A stretch of 61,177 bases of DNA, filler included. It is 3 parts of 3 records of this genome, joined end to end, with 100 filler letters (N's around TTAATTAATTAA, not from the genome) between each part and the next. Parts side by side here need not be neighbours in the genome. Positions count along the whole stretch, not along the records: positions 1 to 26,741 come from SRR20825019_421; 2 more parts are not named here. One strand, written 5' to 3'. The notes beneath the pieces were generated by a model. That model was not told where the DNA came from and did not search any database. It saw only the letters and a list, made by a program, of their open reading frames with translations. Shown piece by piece: positions 1 to 9,433 of this stretch; position 1 is the first letter of the stretch, and every line of letters starts with the position of its first letter. A program made the position numbers and the translations under genes.

Positions 1-65
1 TATGATGCGGTTCCTGGCACCGTGGATAAGATTGTGGGGACATATTCTGCCCCCACACATCGCGT

Positions 66-123
66 GTCATCCCGGCCCCCGGGTCGCTGCGCGCCCGAGG
101 ATAAACTCCGGCCGAGACCCATC
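66..123. repeat. REP-like palindromic element
   Basis: GTCATCCCGGCC...GGCCGAGACCCATC with an internal GC-rich hairpin; resembles alphaproteobacterial GTCAT-type extragenic repeats; single copy in the window. Confidence 0.3.
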
Positions 124-311
124 TTGAGGTCTGGTGACGATCACCGCTCGCTTCGAGTTGGAAAGCCATTCAGGACGGGCCCTGCCCCGTGCCTGTGCCA
201 TTCGACCGCAGGTTTCATGGCCTTCTGGAATTGCGGGGCTCCTCCCGGAGCCGCGCATTCGCTGCGCAGGCTGCGCTTCACTGCGTAAGGCCTGCCCTGC
301 AGAATGACTTG

Positions 312-716
312 CTAAACAGATTTCCTTGCGAGGTCATACTGCGCTTCCGCATGCTCCATCGCTGCAACATTGTCGAGCGCCCACGCACACAAGGCATGGA
401 ACGGTGTGCGCAGGGACAGCCCCAGCGGCGTAATCGCATATTCAACGCCAATTGGGGTTGTCGGCAGGACGGTCCGCGTGACCAGCCCATTGCGCTCCAT
501 TCGTTTGAGCGCATCGGACAGCGCCTTGTGCGTTATGTCCAGCTGACGCTTGATCTCGTTGAAACGCTTGGGCTCGCTGCTGACTGCGGTCAGGATCAGG
601 ATGGTCCACTTGTCCGCTATCTTGTCGAGCACCGGGCGCGCGAAGGCAAGGTTGGCCGACGAGCAAAGGTCGACATCTGCGGGCGAGGTATCGTTGTGTA
701 TATCTAGGCTATTCAT
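312..716 (-). CDS. HxlR-family winged-helix transcriptional regulator
   Basis: ADKWTILIL...RFNEIKRQL.ITHKALSDALKRMERNGLV.R...VEYAITPLG signature; divergent from an SDR. Confidence 0.9.
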   Translation of the reverse strand: MNSLDIHNDTSPADVDLCSSANLAFARPVLDKIADKWTILILTAVSSEPKRFNEIKRQLDITHKALSDALKRMERNGLVTRTVLPTTPIGVEYAITPLGLSLRTPFHALCAWALDNVAAMEHAEAQYDLARKSV

Positions 717-785
717 GGTGCGTAATTGATATCAGATTTAACTCGTATATCTAGAGGGAAATCTGAAACGCATGTGGATTACTAG

Positions 786-1517
786 ATGACTCTCATGACT
801 AAAAAGGTCGCCCTGGTTGTTGGAGGCGCTTCGGGCATTGGTCTGGCCATAGCCACACGCCTGGCAGCGGAAGGCGCAATCGTCTACCTGACCGGTCGCA
901 ATGCCGATGCTGTCGCCTCTGCCGCGCGCGAGGCGGGCGAAGGCGTGCAAGGCCTGGTTGCGGATGCGGGTGTTCCTGAACAACTCGACCAGGCCATCGG
1001 TGCTGTGCACAGTGCTGAAGGCAAGATCGATGCCCTCGTCTTCAATGCCGGAATCTCCGAGTTCGCGCCGCTCGAAGGCCTGTCGGGTGATCATTTTGAC
1101 CGGCATTTTTCGATCAATGTTCGTAGCGCCGTTCTAGCCTTCAAGTCGGCAGCCGCCATCATGCCCAGTGGGGCTTCGGCCGTGTTCATCGGCTCAGTCG
1201 CCGGGCAGGCAGGGGTTGCAAACTTCAGCACCTATGCCGCCACCAAGGCCGCCCTTCGCTCCTATGTGCGCAGCTGGACCGCGGAGCTGGCGCCTCGCGG
1301 CATCCGTATCAACATGGTCAGCCCCGGACCGACGGATATAGCCATGTTCGATTCCGTGCCGAGCGAGGCGCGAGCCGCAATTGTCTCAAGCATACCCCTG
1401 GGTCGCATGGCGCAGCCCAGCGAGGTAGCAGCGGCCGCGGTCTTCCTGCTTAGCCCGGACGCCTCCTTCATCGCCGGCGCCGAACTCTGCGTCGACGGCG
1501 GCGCCAAGCAGGTCTGA
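786..1517 (+). CDS. short-chain dehydrogenase/reductase
   Basis: GGASGIG Rossmann motif, NAG, catalytic YAATK, C-terminal VDGG. Confidence 0.92.
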   Translation: MTLMTKKVALVVGGASGIGLAIATRLAAEGAIVYLTGRNADAVASAAREAGEGVQGLVADAGVPEQLDQAIGAVHSAEGKIDALVFNAGISEFAPLEGLSGDHFDRHFSINVRSAVLAFKSAAAIMPSGASAVFIGSVAGQAGVANFSTYAATKAALRSYVRSWTAELAPRGIRINMVSPGPTDIAMFDSVPSEARAAIVSSIPLGRMAQPSEVAAAAVFLLSPDASFIAGAELCVDGGAKQV

Positions 1518-1611
1518 GGCCTGCCCCACATCCCCTCTATCTCCCATGCAGACACCGCGTTCCGTCAAGGACGGGAACATGCGGCATGGGCCCAACCCAG
1601 GAAGCCTGACA

Positions 1612-2370
1612 ATGAATCTTCGAAATCTATCACTTGCCGCTTTGGCCGTCGCAATCCCGGCCTTCACCACGCTTCCCGCGCTGGCGGACGCCAACAATAT
1701 CGTGCTGGTCCACGGCATGAACATGGATGGTGCGAGCTGGCGCCCGGTCTATGACATTCTCACCGCGCAGGGCTACCAGGTCAGCATCGTGCAGGAACCA
1801 CTTAACGGTTTTGACAGCGACCTGCACGCCACCCAGTTGGTTCTGGACCAGCAGGACGGGCCGGTCGTCCTGGTCGGCCACAGTTATGGTGGCGTCGTCA
1901 TCACTGCAGCAGGCAACGATCCCAAGGTCGAAGCGCTCGTTTATGTCGCTGCATTCCAGCCGGCTGCCGGAGAAACCACCGGCACCTTGAATGCCGCCAC
2001 CCCGCCACTGCTCGATCCGGCGTCGGTGACCATCAGCGAGGATGGTTTTGTCAGCATCAGCGAAGCCGGTTTCCTCAAGGACATCGCGCCCGACCTGCCG
2101 GTTGAAGAGGCCCGATTCCTGTTTTCATCGCAGACGCCGACCACTGCCAGCGTCTTTGCGGCGGAGACCCAGGACCCGGCCTGGCTGCACAAGCCCAGCT
2201 ACGCCGTAGTGGCGACCCAGGACCGCGTCATCAATCCGGAGCTACAATGGACGATGTACGAGCGCGCGGGCAGCTTTGTCACCGAGATCGATGCAGGCCA
2301 CATGCTTTATGTCAGCCAGCCCGAGGCAGTGGCCAAGGTGATCATCGAAGCGGCCCAGTCCACGAACTGA
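1612..2370 (+). CDS. exported alpha/beta hydrolase
   Basis: Signal peptide (…LPALA), IVLVHG, GHSYGG nucleophile elbow, C-terminal GH; start moved to ATG 1612. Confidence 0.85.
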   Translation: MNLRNLSLAALAVAIPAFTTLPALADANNIVLVHGMNMDGASWRPVYDILTAQGYQVSIVQEPLNGFDSDLHATQLVLDQQDGPVVLVGHSYGGVVITAAGNDPKVEALVYVAAFQPAAGETTGTLNAATPPLLDPASVTISEDGFVSISEAGFLKDIAPDLPVEEARFLFSSQTPTTASVFAAETQDPAWLHKPSYAVVATQDRVINPELQWTMYERAGSFVTEIDAGHMLYVSQPEAVAKVIIEAAQSTN

Positions 2371-2375
2371 GGTGC

Positions 2376-2424
2376 GACGTACCAGGGCGCGGATGTGGGC
2401 GACACTTCTGCGCCCCTGGACGTC
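2376..2424. terminator. hairpin between convergent genes
   Basis: GACGT-A-CCAGGG...CCCTGG-ACGTC inverted repeat; no clear U tract. Confidence 0.4.
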
Positions 2425-2426
2425 CA

Positions 2427-3062
2427 CTAATTGGGTGTCGCCGCGCCATAGCGCAGGCCATCCAGCAGCAGCATGACCATGCGTTCGATATGCGCCGCTC
2501 CATCGTTCCCGGTCGCCACAGCAAGGTTGCCGATCGCGCGCAGCAGATCATAGGGTGCCACGTCGGTGCGGACTTCGCCTGCATCGGCGGCGGCATGCAG
2601 CAACATGGACAGAGCAGGTTCAAACCGGCTTCGGAAATAGTCCGGCAAAGTCGCGAATGCCGGATCGCCGGAATGAAGCGCGGCGGCCAGCCCTTGCTTG
2701 GTGGCGAGGAACCGCGTGTAGAGCATCAACCACGCGGCCAGTGCCTCTGCCGGGGTCCGCTCGGCGGCAAGCGACTTTGCCGCATCAGCACAGGCATCGA
2801 CCTCACGACGGAACACCGCGGCCACCAGGTCAGCGCGGGTCGGAAAACGGCGGTAAAGCGTACCCAGCCCGACACCGGCTTGCGTCGCGATCTCCCGGAT
2901 GGGTGCATCAACCCCAGAACGGGCGAACACGACCTTCGCCGCCTCCAGGAGCGCGCCCTCGTTTCTGCGGGCATCGGCGCGCAGTCGCGGCGCGGGCGCC
3001 TCGGTATCGACTGCAGTTGGTGACGCGGTTCCCGTCACTTTCTCGGGTTTAGGCAATGCCAC
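2427..3062 (-). CDS. TetR/AcrR-family regulator
   Basis: RADARRN...IATQAGVGLGTLYRRFPTR HTH; probable GTG start 3062 behind a G-rich RBS. Confidence 0.9.
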   Translation of the reverse strand: MALPKPEKVTGTASPTAVDTEAPAPRLRADARRNEGALLEAAKVVFARSGVDAPIREIATQAGVGLGTLYRRFPTRADLVAAVFRREVDACADAAKSLAAERTPAEALAAWLMLYTRFLATKQGLAAALHSGDPAFATLPDYFRSRFEPALSMLLHAAADAGEVRTDVAPYDLLRAIGNLAVATGNDGAAHIERMVMLLLDGLRYGAATPN

Positions 3063-3080
3063 TCTCACCCCCTTGATAAG

Positions 3081-3122
3081 TGGATCATTGATCCGTATAT
3101 GACGTTCCGGATCGATGATCCG
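3081..3122. promoter_or_regulatory. two tandem palindromic operators YGGATC-N3-GATCCG
   Basis: TGGATCATTGATCCG (3081-3095) and CGGATCGATGATCCG (3108-3122) between the divergent tetR and hydrolase genes. Confidence 0.65.
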
Positions 3123-3149
3123 CTTGTCATTTAGGAGGTTCACACTTCA

Positions 3150-4091
3150 ATGTCCAGTTCAACTCCTCAAGTCCGCTCTCCCACGACCGGCGTGCCCGCA
3201 ATTGCGTCAATCGCTCCAATTGCCTTGTCGATCCCGGGCCGGGGCAATGATCTGCACGTCAGGGTTTCTGCGCCGACCACGGGCGTCGCCCTACCCGTCA
3301 TCATCTTCTCGCACGGCAATGGCCAGTCGCTTCATGCCTATGGTCCCCTCGCTGATTACTGGGCCGCCCATGGTTTTGTCGTCATCCAGCCAACGCATCT
3401 TGACTCGCGGATGCTGGGCCTTGCCCCGGACGACCCCCGTCGCACACAGTTCTGGCGTTTCCGCGAGGACGATCTTGTGGCCATTCTCGATAGCCTCGAT
3501 GACATCGAAAGCGAAGCACCGATGATCCAGGGGCGGCTCGACCGCTCGCGCATCGCGGCTGCCGGGCATTCGTGGGGCGGGCAAACCGCCAGTACCCTGC
3601 TCGGTGCCACCCATCCTGATCCTGACAACGGATCGGTGATCAACCGGAAGGATGCTCGCATCAAGGCGGGTGTGCTGCTGGCCACGCCCGGTAATGGCGG
3701 TGACGATCTGAGCGCGTTCGCTGCCCGCTCACTGCCGTTCATGCACCCGGATTTTTCCGGCATGACAACGCCCACGCTGGTCATAGCCGGCGACGCGGAC
3801 AAGGGTGGACTGACCACGCGAGGACCGGACTGGTGGCGCGACGCCTACGACTTAAGTCCGTCGCCAAAGGCGCTGTTCACTGCCTTTGGAGGCGAGCACG
3901 CACTGGGCGGCATACCCGGATACGAGGCGCGGGAAACAACGGACGAACGCCCGCAACGGGTCGCCGAAATTCAACGTCTTTCAACTGCCTTCCTCCGCAG
4001 TTCGCTCTATCCCGGCGACCCTGCCTGGGCCGATGCAGCCGCTGCGCTCACGGCCAACCCCACGCCGGAAGGCCGCATCGAGACGAAGTGA
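3150..4091 (+). CDS. chlorophyllase-like alpha/beta hydrolase
   Basis: LPVIIFSHG, GFVVIQPTHLDS, GHSWGG, GGEH; AGGAGG RBS. Confidence 0.85.
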   Translation: MSSSTPQVRSPTTGVPAIASIAPIALSIPGRGNDLHVRVSAPTTGVALPVIIFSHGNGQSLHAYGPLADYWAAHGFVVIQPTHLDSRMLGLAPDDPRRTQFWRFREDDLVAILDSLDDIESEAPMIQGRLDRSRIAAAGHSWGGQTASTLLGATHPDPDNGSVINRKDARIKAGVLLATPGNGGDDLSAFAARSLPFMHPDFSGMTTPTLVIAGDADKGGLTTRGPDWWRDAYDLSPSPKALFTAFGGEHALGGIPGYEARETTDERPQRVAEIQRLSTAFLRSSLYPGDPAWADAAAALTANPTPEGRIETK

Positions 4092-4148
4092 GCCGAGCGC
4101 CTGCGTCTCCTTCATCTACTCACCACCACAACACACTGGAACTCTTGC

Positions 4149-4898
4149 ATGAATACGATTCTCATCACCGGCACATCGTCCGGCTTCGGGCTTGAGACGG
4201 CCCGTTATTTTCTCGATCGCGACTGGACCGTCATAGCCACGATGCGCACCCCGCGCGAGGATGTGCTGCCTGCGTCCGAACGCCTGCGCATTGTCCCGCT
4301 CGATGTGACTGACGCCGCGAGCATCGCTCGCGCAGTGCAAGAAGCAGGCCCGATCGACGCCCTTGTCAATAATGCTGGTGCCGGCATCATGGGCGCGCTG
4401 GAAGGCGTCTCCATCGACGCAACGCGGCAGCTTTTCGAATTGAACACGTTCGGCACCATGGCGATGACACAAGCCGTGCTGCCTGGCTTCCGCGCGCAGG
4501 AATCGGGCGTGATCGTCAACCTGTCATCGGCTGTAACGCTCAAACCGCTGCCGATGTTGTCGGCCTATACGGCCAGCAAGGCAGCCGTGGAGGCGTTTAG
4601 CGAAGACCTCGCGCTGGAGGTGGAACAGTTCGGCCTTCGTGTGCGGCTCATCATCCCCGGTCGCGCGCCGGAAACCTCGTTCAGCGCAACCGCTCGCGCC
4701 CGCTCGCAGAGTGGCATACCCGAAGCCTATGCCGGCTGGGCCAAGCAGGTGTTCTCCAAATCGCCGCTGCAGAACGCCGAAGTCACGACCGCAAGTGATG
4801 TGGCGGAAGCGGTCTGGCAGGCGGTGACCGATGCATCGTCTCCGTTCCGCATCCCGGCTGGCGCGGATGCGGTAACGCTCGCTGCAAGGGCTGCATGA
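4149..4898 (+). CDS. short-chain dehydrogenase/reductase
   Basis: TGTSSGFG, NNAG, YTASK. Confidence 0.9.
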   Translation: MNTILITGTSSGFGLETARYFLDRDWTVIATMRTPREDVLPASERLRIVPLDVTDAASIARAVQEAGPIDALVNNAGAGIMGALEGVSIDATRQLFELNTFGTMAMTQAVLPGFRAQESGVIVNLSSAVTLKPLPMLSAYTASKAAVEAFSEDLALEVEQFGLRVRLIIPGRAPETSFSATARARSQSGIPEAYAGWAKQVFSKSPLQNAEVTTASDVAEAVWQAVTDASSPFRIPAGADAVTLAARAA

Positions 4899-5171
4899 CA
4901 CCGGGCTCTACTCCTTGACTGGCTAAATTGTTCCGCGCGCCCTGGCTTTACCCAGCATTGGCCCAGGTGCGCGGGATGTCGGCTCTGCATCCTCGGCATG
5001 GCCCGCAAGATTGGCACCTCGACGGCAGCTTCCGCGCCGCAGCACGTTCGTCAGGTCGCTAGACTTGTCGCGTGGATATCAGGCGCGCTTTCCGACCAGA
5101 GGAGAACGGCGCCTGCGCACGACTGCCGTGGTTTGAAAGATCCGCTCAACCCAGCTTGCAAGGAGCACACA

Positions 5172-6002
5172 ATGGCGACCATCACAACACCCGACGGGAC
5201 CACCCTTTTCTACAAGGATTGGGGACCGAAAGACGCGCAGCCTATCATTTTCCACCACGGCTGGCCGCTCAGCGCCGACGACTGGGACAACCAGATGCTG
5301 TTCTTCCTGTCCGAAGGCTATCGTGTCATCGCGCATGACCGGCGCGGCCATGGCCGGTCCGACCAGACTGATACCGGCAACGACATGGACACCTATGCCG
5401 CGGACGTGGCCGAGATCGCCAAGGCGCTCGATCTGCGCGACGCGGTTCATATCGGCCATTCGACCGGCGGCGGCGAAGTCACCCGCTATGCGGCCCGTGC
5501 CGAACGTGGCCGGGTGGCGAAGGCGATCCTGATCGCCGCAATCCCTCCGGTAATGGTTCAGTCGGCCGGGAACCCGGACGGCGTTCCCATGGAGGTCTTT
5601 GACGGGCTGCGGTCGGCCCTCGAGACAAACCGGGCTCAGTTCTATCGAGATCTGCCAAGCGGGCCCTTCTATGGCTTCAACCGGGATGGCGCGAAGGTCA
5701 TCCAGGGCCTGATCGACAATTGGTGGCGCCAGGGCATGAATGGCGGCGCGAAGGCGCACCACGACTGCATCGCGGTCTTTTCGGAAACCGATTTCACCGA
5801 GGATCTGAAGGCACTCACTGTTCCCGTGCTGATCATCCATGGCGAGGACGATCAGATCGTGCCCATCGGGAATTCGGCTCACAAGGCAATCAAGCTCGTC
5901 CGGAACGGCACGATGAAGACCTATCCCGGCCTGTCTCACGGGCTGTTTGCCACCCATCCCGAGGTGGTGAACCCCGACATGCTGGCCTTTATTCGCGCCT
6001 GA
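5172..6002 (+). CDS. cpo: non-heme chloroperoxidase / arylesterase-type alpha/beta hydrolase
   Basis: FYKDWGPKDAQPIIFHHGWPLSADDWD, GHSTGGG, HGEDDQIVP; AAGGAG RBS before ATG 5172. Confidence 0.88.
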   Translation: MATITTPDGTTLFYKDWGPKDAQPIIFHHGWPLSADDWDNQMLFFLSEGYRVIAHDRRGHGRSDQTDTGNDMDTYAADVAEIAKALDLRDAVHIGHSTGGGEVTRYAARAERGRVAKAILIAAIPPVMVQSAGNPDGVPMEVFDGLRSALETNRAQFYRDLPSGPFYGFNRDGAKVIQGLIDNWWRQGMNGGAKAHHDCIAVFSETDFTEDLKALTVPVLIIHGEDDQIVPIGNSAHKAIKLVRNGTMKTYPGLSHGLFATHPEVVNPDMLAFIRA

Positions 6003-6022
6003 GAGGACTTTGAAGAAAGTGA

Positions 6023-6051
6023 CCGGCGGCCGCGCTGTTCGCGACCGCCGG
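6023..6051. terminator. GC-rich hairpin between convergent genes
   Basis: CCGGCGGCCGCG-ctgtt-CGCGACCGCCGG. Confidence 0.45.
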
Positions 6052-6106
6052 CGGCTCGCTGTCGGGCCGCGCCCTGGCTAACCCCGAGTTGCGCCGCCTC
6101 CGGACG

Positions 6107-7018
6107 TCACTGCAGTGCGATGGAACGCATAGGATCGCGAACCGCCCGACGATAGTCGGTCGGGCTCATCCGCTGGTGCTTTGTGAATACACGGGCAAGA
6201 ACCTGGTTCGACGAATATCCCACCTCCTGCGCGATCTCGGTGATCGGAAGGTCGGTCGTCTCCAGCAACTCGCAGGCTTTCTCCACTCTCAGTCGTGTCA
6301 GATAGACACGGGGCGGCACGCCGACGCTCTGCTTGAACATGCGAGCGAAATGGAAGGGGGATAGCCGTGCCTCGGCGGCCAGCTCGTCGAGGCACATGTC
6401 TTCCGAAAGCCGAGCGTGCATGAGCTCGATACAACGCCGCTGCGCCCATGGAGCCAGCCCGCCGCGAGCCGATTTGAACTGCGCTCCGCCCAAGCGGCAC
6501 AACTCTGCCAGGATCTCGCAGCCTGCGGCCCGCACACTGAGGCGCGATGGCGCGCCTTCGTCTTCGCAGAGCACCCACAGGTTCCGCAGTGCCGACCTGA
6601 TCAGCGGCGAGTCGAACACTCGGCCATAGTTGAAGGCGGTGTCGAAGGAGAACTGGCCGTCGGCGGCCTCATCGAGAACGCCCTGCCAGTTCGCCAAGGG
6701 AAACGCCAGGCTGCGGACCTGATGGCTTTCCTCCATGACCGCCGTGGTGGCAAAGTTCGGCGCGGCCAAATTGAGGAGGCCTCTTTCGCTGTTCACATCA
6801 AAGCGACCTCCCCCCAGATCTGACCTGACACGACCATTGCCAAGGATGTCCTCATATAGAACGATATCCGGAAGGGCTGGGCGCGACAAATCCCCGGCGG
6901 GCTGCCCCACCTCAAGCAATTCAAGGACTCCACCCGGGGATTTCAGCGTGCGCACATAGGATGCATGTCGGCCTTTGCCATGCCACTGCACGAAGGAGGA
7001 ATTGGCATGCTCGGTCAT
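6107..7018 (-). CDS. AraC-family transcriptional regulator
   Basis: C-terminal double HTH: LDELAAEARLSPFHFARMFKQSVG...ITEIAQEVGYSS. Confidence 0.92.
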   Translation of the reverse strand: MTEHANSSFVQWHGKGRHASYVRTLKSPGGVLELLEVGQPAGDLSRPALPDIVLYEDILGNGRVRSDLGGGRFDVNSERGLLNLAAPNFATTAVMEESHQVRSLAFPLANWQGVLDEAADGQFSFDTAFNYGRVFDSPLIRSALRNLWVLCEDEGAPSRLSVRAAGCEILAELCRLGGAQFKSARGGLAPWAQRRCIELMHARLSEDMCLDELAAEARLSPFHFARMFKQSVGVPPRVYLTRLRVEKACELLETTDLPITEIAQEVGYSSNQVLARVFTKHQRMSPTDYRRAVRDPMRSIALQ

Positions 7019-7217
7019 GCTGTGTCTCCTATGCGTCTTGCGGCCTCACAATCCGAGCCGGTCGCCCGCTTTGCTCCGCGCAGATCGAACGGCTCGCTCG
7101 AATGGCTCAGTAAGTGTTCGACCCCAGGTAGGACGCGAATGGCACTGCGGCGGTCCTCTGATCCGGCCAGCCGACACTAACGGAATACCTGCTGAACGTC
7201 GTTTCGCCCCTTTTCAC

Positions 7218-7247
7218 TCGATGGTCGAAACGCTACCGTTCCATCGA
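7218..7247. promoter_or_regulatory. inverted repeat, candidate TetR auto-operator
   Basis: TCGATGG...AACG-ctac-CGTT-CCATCGA immediately before the tetR start. Confidence 0.4.
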
Positions 7248-7249
7248 TA

Positions 7250-7876
7250 ATGCAGAGATCATGGATGGAACGCAAGAGTATCGACCAAGGAGAACGACGG
7301 AAACCGAGCGGGGCAGCGGTCATCCGGCCTGAACTGACAACCGCGCTGTTCAGGGCGTTGTTCGAAGAGTGGGCACAGTCCGGCTATGCAGCAGTGAGCC
7401 TTGAGCGCGTGGCGGCGCGCGCCGGCGCCGGCAAGGCAGCCATCTACCGGCGATGGCCGACAAAACTCGAGTTTGTGTGCCAAGCGATACAGAGCGTCGG
7501 CATCACTCTGTCTGACTTTAGTGACCACGGCTCGCTCGGTGCCGATATCAGCGCCTATCTTCGTTCAACGCGGGTGGCGTTTCGACATCCACTGATCCGC
7601 AAGATTATTCCGGACATTGTTGCAGAGCGTATCAGGAGGTCCGAAATTTCCATGATGCTGGACAGCGTGACCGCGGCACGTCGACAGTTTGGAAATCGAA
7701 TGCTTGATCGCGCCATTGCACGCAATGAGCTACGGCCGGCGCTCGACAGGGAACTGGCGCTCGATTTTTTCATATCGTCTCTCTACATGCGCATGATCGT
7801 TCACTCGAAAAAAACGACAGTGGCCGAGATCGCCAGGCAGGCAATTGCAATCGAAGCTGCAATCAAGGCCTGCTGA
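7250..7876 (+). CDS. TetR/AcrR-family regulator
   Basis: SLERVAARAGAGKAAIYRRWPTK HTH; start could be ATG 7265. Confidence 0.88.
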   Translation: MQRSWMERKSIDQGERRKPSGAAVIRPELTTALFRALFEEWAQSGYAAVSLERVAARAGAGKAAIYRRWPTKLEFVCQAIQSVGITLSDFSDHGSLGADISAYLRSTRVAFRHPLIRKIIPDIVAERIRRSEISMMLDSVTAARRQFGNRMLDRAIARNELRPALDRELALDFFISSLYMRMIVHSKKTTVAEIARQAIAIEAAIKAC

Positions 7877-7897
7877 GCCCGCCAGCGCTTTCGCCGG

Positions 7898-7927
7898 CCT
7901 CCTCGGGGCGAACCGCAATCGAGGAGG
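7898..7927. terminator. hairpin between convergent genes
   Basis: CCTCCTCG...CGAGGAGG 8-bp inverted repeat. Confidence 0.35.
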
Positions 7928-8028
7928 TCTATGCAGGTGTGCACGAGTGCCTGGCGCGCGAGGAGTGGCCGTCGCTGCCCGAGCGTGCCAAGACTTCAAG
8001 TGCCCAAGTGGTCGCAATCACTCCGTTG

Positions 8029-9411
8029 TCAGCCTCTGCGCATCAGGATCATCTTTTCCTGTGTCATGTCGCGCATGGTGTAGGGGATGCCGCCGGTGCC
8101 GTATCCGGATTCCCGACGACCGGCAAAAGGCATCCAGTCGGTGCGGAAGGCGGTGGGATCGTTGATCATCACCGCCGATGCATCCAGCCGTTCTGCAGCG
8201 CCCAACGCAACATCGATATCCTGCGCGAAGACGCTTGCCTGGAAAGCGGTCGGCAACGCATTGGCCTGGCGGATCGCGGCACTGAGGTCAGTGTAACGAT
8301 AGACCGCGACCACCGGACCGAACACCTCCAGCGTCGAAATCTTTGCCTGGGCGGATGGGTTGAGCAGAACCGTCGGCTCAAATGTCGTCTCTGAGAGGCG
8401 CTTGCCGCCGGTGGCCAGCGTGGCCCCATCCTCAACTGCTTCAGCGACCCACTGTCCAACCCGGTCGGCCTCGCGCGGCAGGATGAGTGGACCGACTTCG
8501 GTCGCCTTCAGGGTGGGGTCGGCGGTGCGCAGTTTTTCGACGCGGTCGACGAGCCTCTGCGTGAAATCCTCGGCGATGTCGGCATGAACGAAGATGCGCT
8601 GCGTCGACACGCAGACCTGTCCGGCATGGTAGTAGCCGCCCTTGACGATCGGCTCGACCACCTTGTCCAGATGCGCGCTGCGATCAACGATGGCGGGTGC
8701 GGCCCCGCCATGCTCCAGCGCCGAGCGCGTGCCGGGGGCGAGCTTGGCATGCAGCGACCAGCCGACCCGTGCAGAGCCGATGAAGCTGAGGAAGGCGATG
8801 CGCCGGTCAGTCGCCAGCCTTTCGGCCAGCGCATTGTCCTGCGTGATGAAGGTCTGGCACCACGGTTCGGGTAGGCCCGCTTCGTGGACCAGCGCCACGA
8901 AATCGAGGCAGGAAAGCGGCGTCGTGGCCGCCGGTTTGACAATCACCGGGCAGCCGACGGCGATGGCTGGTGCCACCTGATGAACGATCAGGTTCAAGGG
9001 ATGGTTGAAGGCGGAAATTGCTGCGACGACGCCGATAGGCTCCCTTGTGGTGAAGGCCCAGCGGTTCTCGGCGGCTGCGGAAAGTCCCATGGGTATTTCG
9101 CGGCCGGCGAAATTGCGCAGCTCGTCGGCAGCGTTGTGGACACCGTCGATGGCGCGGTTGGTCTCAACGATGGCATCAAGCAGCGGCTTGCCGCCCTCGC
9201 GTGCGATCTGCATGGCGAGATGATCGCGCTTGCCCTCCATCAGCGTTGCCAATTTTCGCAGAATGGCAATGCGCTGATGCGGCTTCAGCCAGCCATCGCG
9301 ATCGGCGAAAATGCGTTCGGCCAATTGCAGCTTGTGCTCCAGCACGACCGCGTCATCGGTCTCGATTTCGGTGATCGGCGCGCGATCGTGCGCCTGCACG
9401 ACACTCAGCAT
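8029..9411 (-). CDS. aldehyde dehydrogenase family protein
   Basis: REPIGVVAAISAFNHP, FIGS, LEHGG, catalytic GQVCVS, EVFGPV, PFAG; start ATG 9411 after a GGAGG RBS. Confidence 0.92.
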   Translation of the reverse strand: MLSVVQAHDRAPITEIETDDAVVLEHKLQLAERIFADRDGWLKPHQRIAILRKLATLMEGKRDHLAMQIAREGGKPLLDAIVETNRAIDGVHNAADELRNFAGREIPMGLSAAAENRWAFTTREPIGVVAAISAFNHPLNLIVHQVAPAIAVGCPVIVKPAATTPLSCLDFVALVHEAGLPEPWCQTFITQDNALAERLATDRRIAFLSFIGSARVGWSLHAKLAPGTRSALEHGGAAPAIVDRSAHLDKVVEPIVKGGYYHAGQVCVSTQRIFVHADIAEDFTQRLVDRVEKLRTADPTLKATEVGPLILPREADRVGQWVAEAVEDGATLATGGKRLSETTFEPTVLLNPSAQAKISTLEVFGPVVAVYRYTDLSAAIRQANALPTAFQASVFAQDIDVALGAAERLDASAVMINDPTAFRTDWMPFAGRRESGYGTGGIPYTMRDMTQEKMILMRRG

Positions 9412-9433
9412 GGTCGGCCTCCCTCCCTGTTCG

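Noticed and set aside
21-57. DnaA-like CGTGGATAA and TGTGGGG...CCCCACA hairpin
   Set aside because: Single imperfect box at the window edge with no AT-rich context visible
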